Part shown: in pieces, positions 56,776-64,000 of the stretch
Numbering within the stretch: the stretch's first letter is position 1
Layout of the letters: each line of letters opens with the position of its first letter
Source of the DNA: an uncultured candidate division Zixibacteria bacterium
GTDB lineage: Bacteria > Zixibacteria > MSB-5A5 > GN15 > FEB-12
Length of the DNA: 64,000 bases
Reading direction: 5' to 3'
Assembly (NCBI GenBank): GCA_963664195.1
Contig: OY760907.1
Span: 1,856,001-1,920,000, forward strand
Translations under genes and position numbers: made by a program
The notes under the pieces: generated by a model
Databases searched by the model: none
What the model was told of the DNA's origin: nothing
The model's input: the letters and a program-made list of their open reading frames with translations, nothing else

Positions 56776-59700
56776 CAGAATCATTGAATACTCCGTCAAT
56801 AACCGTTGGCTGGTGCTTGCGATCACTGCGTTCGTCCTCCTGGCTGGCGTGTACGCCGCAAATGAGATTGCGGTTGATGCTATCCCGGACCTCTCCGACG
56901 TGCAGGTCATCGTCCAGACCAACTACACCGGGCAACCGCCACAGGTTGTCGAGGACCAGGTCACATATCCCCTGTCGACTGCCATGTTGGCCGTTCCCGG
57001 AGCAGAATCAGTCCGCGGATACTCGTATTTCGGCCTTTCCTTCGTTTACATCATATTCGAGGACGGAACCGATATCTACTGGGCCCGAAGCCGCGTGCTG
57101 GAGTACCTCAACAGCCTGGCCGGTCGACTTCCGGAAGGAGTGACGCCGCAATTGGGTCCCGATGCCACCGGCGTCGGCTGGGTGTATCAGTACACGCTGG
57201 TGGACAGTTCCGGCGCTCACGATCTGGCCGATCTTCGCTCAATCCAGGATTGGTTCCTCAAGTACGAATTGTCCACGGTTCCCGGCGTATCCGAGGTTGC
57301 ATCAGTGGGCGGATTCGTACGCCAGTACCAGATTGAGGTTGACCCACAGAAGCTCGAATTTTACGGCATTCCGATCAATCACGTGATCAACGCCGTGAAA
57401 CGGTCAAGCAGTGCGGTCGGCGGCAAACTGATCGAGCTGGGAGAAACCGAGTTTATGGTGCGAAGTCAGGCGTACATAGGCGACCTGGACGATCTGCGCG
57501 GCATTCCCGTCCATATCTCCTCCAGCGGCGCCCCTGTGTTGCTCTCCTCTGTGGCCAACGTTACGTTCGGTCCCGATATCCGCAGAGGGCTGGTCGAACT
57601 CGACGGGGAGGGGGAGACCGTCGGTGGCATTGTCGTTATGCGCTGGGGAGAGAATGCGCGAAAGGTTATCGACGCCGTCAAGAAGAAATTGGACGAACTA
57701 CGATCCGGATTGCCTCCCGGCCTGGAGATTGTCCCCGTCTATGATCGCTCGGACCTGATTGACCGCGCGACCGAGACTCTATGGACGACTCTCGTCAAAG
57801 AGATGATTGTGGTTATCATAATCACGCTGCTGTTCCTGCTCCACGTCCGTTCGACCTTCGTGGCTGTTTTTACTCTTCCTGCAGGTGTCCTCCTGTCCGT
57901 GCTCGCGATGCATCTCCTGGGGATAAACGCCAATATCATGTCACTGGGAGGAATTGCGATTGCCATCGGCGTAATGGTCGATGCGGCCGTGGTCATGGTC
58001 GAAAACGCCCACAAGCACCTGGAGCAGCCGGGTGGAGAAAAGGACCGTCTCGCGGCGATCATCCGGGCCGCGCGCGAGGTAGGTCCGGCGCTGTTCTTTT
58101 CACTGCTCATAATCACCATATCGTTTTTGCCGGTACTGGCGCTGGAGGGGCAGTCAGGACGCTTGTTCAGACCGCTGGCATATACCAAGACGTTCGCAAT
58201 GGCGGCCTCGGCATTGCTGTCAATCACGGTCATTCCCGCCATGATTGCCCTGTTCATCAAAGGACATATGGTTCCCGAATCACGCAACCCGATATCCAGG
58301 ATTTCAATCGCGGTCTACCGCCCGATAATGAACTGGGTTCTGCGCTTCAAAACGCTCGTAATCATCCTCGCTCTGGTCGGCATGGGGCTGACCGTCATTC
58401 CTCTGCGGCAGATTGGCAGCGAGTTCATGCCGCCCCTTTACGAGGGCGATCTGCTGTATATGCCGACCACGTTGCCCGGAATATCAATAAGCAAGGCGCG
58501 CGAACTCCTCCAACTGACCGACCGGATCATCGCCTCGTTTCCTGAGGTAAAACGGGTTCTCGGAAAGGTCGGCCGAGCGGAAACCGCAACTGATCCGGCC
58601 CCGCTGACCATGCTTGAGACGACTATCATGCTGAAACCGGAAGAGGAATGGCGCCCCGGCATGACACCGGAGAAACTGATCGACTCACTCGATCGGGCTA
58701 TCCAGTTCCCCGGGCTGACCAACGCCTGGACAATGCCTATCCGCACGCGTATCGACATGCTGGCGACCGGCATCAAAACGCCTGTCGGCATCAAGATCAT
58801 GGGGGCCGATCTTGATAGCCTCAACGCAATCGGCAAACGGATTGAATCGATCATCAAGAAGGTCCCCGGTACGAGATCCGTTTATGCCGAGCGAGTGACC
58901 GGAGGCAACTATCTCGATATCGATATTGACCGTAACCTTGCCGCCTCGTACGGTCTTCGCGTTGCCGACGTCCATGACGTCGTCAAATCTGCCATCGGCG
59001 GTATGAACGTGGCCAGAACAGTCGAAGGTCTCGAACGGTATCCCATAAGCGTGAGATATCCTCGTGAACTCCGCGACAGTCCTGAGAGCCTGGCACGAAC
59101 CGTTCTTTTCACTCCTGAGGGCCGCCGCGTGCAGCTTGGCGAGATTGCCGAGATCGGGTTCAACAAGGGAGCGGTGATGATCAAGTCGGAAAACGCCCGG
59201 CCCACCGTCTGGGTGTACGTTGATCTTGACCACGGCGATGTAGGCGGCTACGTGCAGGAAGCGAGACAGGTGATTGAGCAGCAACTTATTCTGCCAGGCG
59301 GCTACTCGATTGTCTGGTCCGGCCAGTTCGAGAATATGCAGGAAGTAGAGGAGCGTCTGCGGGTGATTGTGCCGTTGACCGTCTTTGTTATTTTCCTGCT
59401 GCTCTACCTGCACTTCCGAAGTCTGACCAGTTGTCTGATTGTGATGCTGTCCCTGCCGTTCGCCCTCGTTGGCGGCGTTTGGCTGTTCTACCTCTGCGGC
59501 TTCAATTCATCGGTGGCCGTCATGGTCGGTTTCATCGCGCTGGCAGGATTGGCGGCCGAAACGGGCATCGTAATGCTGGTCTATCTCGACGAAGCTCTTG
59601 GCCGTTATCGGAAGGAAGGGAGACTCAACTCGGTCGTGGATCTGAGGGCTGCCGTGATTGAAGGGGCAGTAGGGCGGGTTCGTCCGAAACTTATGACGGT

Positions 59701-59878
59701 CGCAACTACCGTGATTGCCCTCTTACCCATCATGTTCGGCCACGGCACCGGATCGGAGGTCATGCAACGCATTGCCGCCCCCATGATTGGCGGATTAGCG
59801 ACGTCCACGCTGCTGACCCTCATTATTGTTCCGGTTCTCTTCTACTTGGTTCATGCAAAATCCGTCGCCTCAAGATGA
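56768..59878 (+). CDS. cusA: CusA/SilA heavy-metal RND pump
   Basis: DAIPDLSDVQV, LGPDATGVGW, EFMPPLYEGDLLYMP, APLTMLET, PIRTRIDML. Confidence 0.95.
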   Translation: MINRIIEYSVNNRWLVLAITAFVLLAGVYAANEIAVDAIPDLSDVQVIVQTNYTGQPPQVVEDQVTYPLSTAMLAVPGAESVRGYSYFGLSFVYIIFEDGTDIYWARSRVLEYLNSLAGRLPEGVTPQLGPDATGVGWVYQYTLVDSSGAHDLADLRSIQDWFLKYELSTVPGVSEVASVGGFVRQYQIEVDPQKLEFYGIPINHVINAVKRSSSAVGGKLIELGETEFMVRSQAYIGDLDDLRGIPVHISSSGAPVLLSSVANVTFGPDIRRGLVELDGEGETVGGIVVMRWGENARKVIDAVKKKLDELRSGLPPGLEIVPVYDRSDLIDRATETLWTTLVKEMIVVIIITLLFLLHVRSTFVAVFTLPAGVLLSVLAMHLLGINANIMSLGGIAIAIGVMVDAAVVMVENAHKHLEQPGGEKDRLAAIIRAAREVGPALFFSLLIITISFLPVLALEGQSGRLFRPLAYTKTFAMAASALLSITVIPAMIALFIKGHMVPESRNPISRISIAVYRPIMNWVLRFKTLVIILALVGMGLTVIPLRQIGSEFMPPLYEGDLLYMPTTLPGISISKARELLQLTDRIIASFPEVKRVLGKVGRAETATDPAPLTMLETTIMLKPEEEWRPGMTPEKLIDSLDRAIQFPGLTNAWTMPIRTRIDMLATGIKTPVGIKIMGADLDSLNAIGKRIESIIKKVPGTRSVYAERVTGGNYLDIDIDRNLAASYGLRVADVHDVVKSAIGGMNVARTVEGLERYPISVRYPRELRDSPESLARTVLFTPEGRRVQLGEIAEIGFNKGAVMIKSENARPTVWVYVDLDHGDVGGYVQEARQVIEQQLILPGGYSIVWSGQFENMQEVEERLRVIVPLTVFVIFLLLYLHFRSLTSCLIVMLSLPFALVGGVWLFYLCGFNSSVAVMVGFIALAGLAAETGIVMLVYLDEALGRYRKEGRLNSVVDLRAAVIEGAVGRVRPKLMTVATTVIALLPIMFGHGTGSEVMQRIAAPMIGGLATSTLLTLIIVPVLFYLVHAKSVASR

Positions 59879-59934
59879 AAGGCGACGGATAAGCGTGCCC
59901 AAAGATGGCAATTGTCTGTCTTTTTTTGTCTGTG

Positions 59935-59997
59935 AGTGAGGAATCACTAACAATGTGATGCTATTCACTTGCATTGATTTTTCAATCCTGCTATGTT
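59935..59997 (+). promoter_or_regulatory. Sigma-70 promoter overlapped by Rex/CRP-like palindrome
   Basis: TGTGA-TGCTAT-TCACT (59954-59969) abuts TTGCAT-N17-TATGTT with extended TG. Confidence 0.5.
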
Positions 59998-60109
59998 GAC
60001 AACATAGAAGCTAGCGTGGATTGATACTCTCTACGCTGTGGGGTTTCCGGGTCGGTAGTGTGTTGTGTCGGCCCGGTGGACGTTTCCGGGTTTTCTAAGG
60101 GGCCTGCGT

Positions 60110-62890
60110 ATGACATTGGGGACTTTTTGGCGCTGCCTCGTTGCGGGAATCACTGCATCACTTGTCTGCATCAGTCCGGCTCTCTCTCAAGACGGTGACC
60201 CGCCGGAGACTGAGGCGTGTTTCGATTGCCATGATACCTATGAGGTGGACGGGAAGGACGTCGATTTGGCTGAGGCTCTCGGCCTTTCCACCCACGACGG
60301 CATGGACTGTATTGACTGCCATACGGATATTGAGGAACTCCCGCACAGCGAGGACGGACTTGAGCCGGTAGATTGTGGCCTTTGCCACGACGACGTCGCG
60401 GAGATATACGCCGCAAGCCTGCACGGCCTTCTCGTTCAACAAGGTGAAATGCTGGCGCCCCGGTGTTGGGACTGTCACGGTTCCCATGACATTCGCTACA
60501 CAACCGATCCTCTTGCCCGAACCGCTAAATTCAACATTCCATTCATGTGCGGAAGCTGTCACAAAGAGGGTACTCAAGTCACGCGGAAATACGATATCCC
60601 TGAAGACAGCGTTCTGTTCCATTACTCGCAGAGTATTCACGGTGTGGGGCTGTTCAAGCAGGGCTTGATTGTCACGGCAGTCTGCGTTGACTGTCATACT
60701 GCACACAACGTGCGCAACCATGCCGACCCGACCTCGAGCATCCACAAGAACAACGTCGCCCTGACATGCCAGAAATGCCACGGCCAGATTCAGAAGGTCC
60801 ACCGCAAAGTAATCCGCGGGGAGTTGTGGGAGAAGGAACCCCACAAGGTGCCGGTTTGCGTTGATTGCCATTCGCCTCACCGGATTCGCAGTGTACTGTA
60901 CGAAGAAGGTATGGCTGATCGGCAGTGTCTGGCATGTCATGATAGTCCTGACCTGTCCATGACTCGCGATGGCGAGATTGTCTCTCTGTACGTCGACACC
61001 GTCGAAACACAACACTCGATTCACAAGGGCGTTAGTTGTGCGCAGTGTCACACCGGAGCATCGACCGGACATGATCGTCCGTGCGCCACTATTGCGCCGA
61101 AGGTTGATTGCTCAATCTGTCACACCGACGTTGTCGAACAGTTTGTGACCGGTATCCACGGTTCGCTGGAGGGACGTGGTGATCCTGACGCGCCCGACTG
61201 CGTTGACTGCCACGGTGTCCACAGCGTTCGCGGACACAAGGACCAGCTATCAAGAACATACCCGACCAATATCCCCGCCCTCTGTGCCGAATGTCACGCT
61301 GAGGGGGGAAGGGCATCGGTACGCCTGCCCGACGGACCGCGAGACGTGGTAGCAGAGTATTCCAAGGGAATCCACGGCAAAGGGCTTCTCGAAAGCGGTT
61401 TGGTCGTTACTGCCATGTGTACCGATTGCCACACTGCGCACCACATGCTGCCGGCCAACGACACGGAATCAAGCGTGCACACGAGCAATATCCCGGAGAC
61501 CTGCGCCAAGTGTCACAGCGGCATATACGAAAAGTTCGCCACGTCTATTCACTCACCGGTAATGAACGATACCGAAGACCGTCTTCCCACATGCAGCGAT
61601 TGTCACGAGTCTCACAGCATTGTCAGAGCAGACGAGACCGGCTTCCGGATGACGATCATGTCCCAGTGTGGCGGGTGTCACGAGGATGTTGCCGAATCGT
61701 ACTTCGAGACTTTCCACGGCAAGGTCTCGAAACTGGGGTACGAGGCGGCCGCCCAGTGCTACGATTGTCACGGTTCACACGAAATACTGCCGCCTGACAA
61801 CCCGAACTCCACGCTGTCGCGTCAGAATATCGTGAAAACCTGCGGGGCGTGCCATGAAGGGTCCCACCGTCAGTTTGCCGGTTACCTGACGCACGCCACC
61901 CATCATGACCGGACCAAGTACCCGATTCTGTTTTATACCTTCTGGTTTATGACAGTCCTGTTGCTCGGTACTCTCACCGTAGCCGGGACCCACACGCTTA
62001 TGTGGCTTCCGAGATCCTGGCAGGCGATGAAATCCCACAGAAAGGTGCGCCACGAATCACGCTCGCAGCTTCAGTATCAGCGCTTCAAGCCCTATCAGAG
62101 GCGCATGCATATTCTGGTCGTGATCAGTTTCCTTGGACTGGCACTGACCGGTATGACTCTGAAATTCTCGTACCTTGCGTGGGCGCAATGGATGTCAGGT
62201 GTCATGGGCGGCTTCGAGACTGCGGGATATATCCACCGCATTTGCGCTGTCATAACATTCTTCTACTTCTTCATGCATCTGTTCTATGTGGTCAAGGAGA
62301 AGCGTGAGGAGCGGAAGACGTGGAGACAGTACTTGTTCAACAAGGATTCAATGCTGCCGAACAGGAATGACCTTCGGGAGGCGGTCGGCACGCTCAAATG
62401 GTTTGTGGGTCTTGGCACGCGTCCGAAGTACGGTCGATGGACCTACTGGGAGAAGTTTGACTATTTCGCCGTCTTCTGGGGTGTGGCGATCATCGGGTCA
62501 ACCGGTTTAATGCTCTGGTTCCCGGAGTTCTTTACACTGTTCCTGCCGGGGTGGATTATCAATGTCGCAACCATAATCCACTCCGATGAAGCTCTGTTGG
62601 CCGTGGCCTTCATATTCACGGTCCACTTCTTCAACACGCATTTCCGTCCGGACAAGTTCCCTATGGATACGGTGATTTTCACCGGTCGCGTCCCGGTGGA
62701 GGAATTCAAAGAGGATCGCCCGCGAGAGTATGCGGCGCTGATGGAGAATCGGAAACTGAAAAAGCACCTCGTGCCGCCGCTGCCTGACCCAATAGTCAAA
62801 GGGCTGCGTGTATTCGGGACGGTTGCTCTATTAATAGGACTGTCGCTCATTTTGCTGATACTATACGCGGAGATTTTCGGATATCGGTAG
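60110..62890 (+). CDS. CbcL-like fusion: 19-heme cytochrome c domain plus cytochrome b membrane domain
   Basis: 19 CxxCH counted; C-terminal TMs with His ligands, YGRWTYWEKFDYFAVFWG, IIHSDEALLA, HFFNTH. Confidence 0.9.
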   Translation: MTLGTFWRCLVAGITASLVCISPALSQDGDPPETEACFDCHDTYEVDGKDVDLAEALGLSTHDGMDCIDCHTDIEELPHSEDGLEPVDCGLCHDDVAEIYAASLHGLLVQQGEMLAPRCWDCHGSHDIRYTTDPLARTAKFNIPFMCGSCHKEGTQVTRKYDIPEDSVLFHYSQSIHGVGLFKQGLIVTAVCVDCHTAHNVRNHADPTSSIHKNNVALTCQKCHGQIQKVHRKVIRGELWEKEPHKVPVCVDCHSPHRIRSVLYEEGMADRQCLACHDSPDLSMTRDGEIVSLYVDTVETQHSIHKGVSCAQCHTGASTGHDRPCATIAPKVDCSICHTDVVEQFVTGIHGSLEGRGDPDAPDCVDCHGVHSVRGHKDQLSRTYPTNIPALCAECHAEGGRASVRLPDGPRDVVAEYSKGIHGKGLLESGLVVTAMCTDCHTAHHMLPANDTESSVHTSNIPETCAKCHSGIYEKFATSIHSPVMNDTEDRLPTCSDCHESHSIVRADETGFRMTIMSQCGGCHEDVAESYFETFHGKVSKLGYEAAAQCYDCHGSHEILPPDNPNSTLSRQNIVKTCGACHEGSHRQFAGYLTHATHHDRTKYPILFYTFWFMTVLLLGTLTVAGTHTLMWLPRSWQAMKSHRKVRHESRSQLQYQRFKPYQRRMHILVVISFLGLALTGMTLKFSYLAWAQWMSGVMGGFETAGYIHRICAVITFFYFFMHLFYVVKEKREERKTWRQYLFNKDSMLPNRNDLREAVGTLKWFVGLGTRPKYGRWTYWEKFDYFAVFWGVAIIGSTGLMLWFPEFFTLFLPGWIINVATIIHSDEALLAVAFIFTVHFFNTHFRPDKFPMDTVIFTGRVPVEEFKEDRPREYAALMENRKLKKHLVPPLPDPIVKGLRVFGTVALLIGLSLILLILYAEIFGYR

Positions 62891-62952
62891 GTGGTTGTGG
62901 TGGAGCATACAATGTCGATTTCCGGTGCAAGGCTGATATTGGAGTTGAACTT

Positions 62953-64000
62953 ATGAAATTCGGGAAATTACCGTTTACAGGTATGTGTGTGAGTGGTTTT
63001 GTTGTTCTTGCCTTTGTCCTCGGTTTGGCCGCTGTTGCCCGGGCGCAGCATCCTCCGATCATGCTTCTTGACAAAGACGGGGAGGAGATCAATCCGATCC
63101 TCGGCGAAAACAATAAAGCTCCGTTTTCCACCGAACAGACCTGCGGCATGTGCCATGACTACGAGGAGATAACCTCCGGCTATCACTTCCAGATGGGCTG
63201 GGATGTTATCGATGACGAGTTTGGCATTGAGAAGGGTGAACCGTGGAGTCTCTCCGACGGTTTCCTCGGACGCTGGTACCCGTACGCCTTTCGTCAGCTT
63301 GCAAAAAAATCCAATGAGAGTGCCGACGAAATCGACCTTACGATGTATGACTTCATCGGATTTTCATCTACCGGACCGGGACAGCTGCCGTGCGGTGCCT
63401 GTCATCCGGGCGGAGGCGGGCTCCAATATGATCGCGAGGGCAATCGGTATGACGAAGCACTTGCCGACAATCCCGAACTGGCGGAGGAACTTGACGGCGA
63501 CTACTATCAGAGCAAATGGATCGAGAGCGGCGTGGTCGAGGCCGACTGTTTTGTCTGTCATCTTGAAGGATACAATTTTGACGATCGCACGGCGAACCTT
63601 GAGCAGGGCAACTATCAGTGGGCAATTGTGGCCGGTTCCCGCATCGGTATTGTCGACGGCTCGGTGAAGCGGGGCAGAACACCCGAAATAACGTACAATC
63701 GACGCCTGTTTAACGAGGACGGCACCATTACACTTGCGATGTCCTGGCCGCCGCCGGACGACAACTGCGTCTACTGTCACGGCAACGCGGATGTGAGAAA
63801 GCGCGGATTCTCCTGGAACGACATTCACAATCCTGACATCCACAACCAGCAGGGGGTTAGCTGCACTGCCTGTCACTCGTCCGGGTTGGATCACCAGATC
63901 GGCAAAGGAAATGTCAACATCTCGACTGTCGCCGATCATCTCGACAATACCATGAAGGGTTGCGCTGAGTGTCACATGTCCGGCTATCTTGGCGCGTCTG
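62953..64000 (+). CDS. Multiheme cytochrome c (partial; runs off window, absent from ORF track)
   Basis: Manual translation: signal peptide, then CGMCH, CGACHPGGG, EADCFVCH, CVYCH, CTACH, CAECH. Confidence 0.88.
   Translation, partial: MKFGKLPFTGMCVSGFVVLAFVLGLAAVARAQHPPIMLLDKDGEEINPILGENNKAPFSTEQTCGMCHDYEEITSGYHFQMGWDVIDDEFGIEKGEPWSLSDGFLGRWYPYAFRQLAKKSNESADEIDLTMYDFIGFSSTGPGQLPCGACHPGGGGLQYDREGNRYDEALADNPELAEELDGDYYQSKWIESGVVEADCFVCHLEGYNFDDRTANLEQGNYQWAIVAGSRIGIVDGSVKRGRTPEITYNRRLFNEDGTITLAMSWPPPDDNCVYCHGNADVRKRGFSWNDIHNPDIHNQQGVSCTACHSSGLDHQIGKGNVNISTVADHLDNTMKGCAECHMSGYLGAS

Noticed and set aside
1..64000. CRISPR array
   Set aside because: Repeats are dispersed palindromes without regular unique spacers, and there are no cas genes

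Overview
Bacterial chromosomal window, GC in the mid-50s% by eye. The gene content (many lipoproteins, PEP-CTERM protein, multiheme cytochromes, NiSOD) suggests an anaerobic or facultative diderm such as Zixibacteria or a related lineage; this is inference only. The backbone is housekeeping: gcvT-comB operon, rpmE-DUF1385-prfA-prmC-nth, yajC-def-fmt-rng, tRNA-Ser(TGA). Also present are an ECF sigma/anti-sigma/Spy-like cluster, a Crp/Fnr (HcpR-like) Fe-S cluster, a MacAB/YknXYZ-type exporter, PutP, AmrS and a CusCBA system. Highlights: (1) a porin-cytochrome conduit whose cytochromes carry atypical CxCH and CX4CH motifs, plus a 19-heme CbcL-like quinol oxidase, together a likely extracellular electron transfer chain; (2) an accessory island at 31.5-35.4 kb where a structured RNA leader precedes a lipoprotein with a bacteriocin-like Cys/Gly hydrophobic tail, followed by small immunity-like membrane genes; (3) a Cys-rich leader ORF ending in NGPP, with a hairpin over the cusC translation start, a candidate metal-sensing ribosome-arrest leader; (4) several REP/REPIN families in long and short forms and an unannotated RAYT transposase relic beside the tRNA; (5) an orphan Rhs HExxH toxin-immunity cassette; (6) the Crp/Fnr regulator is frameshifted by an apparent 19-nt insertion while its FNR-type box is intact. 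No CRISPR array, rRNA, intact transposase or prophage was seen.
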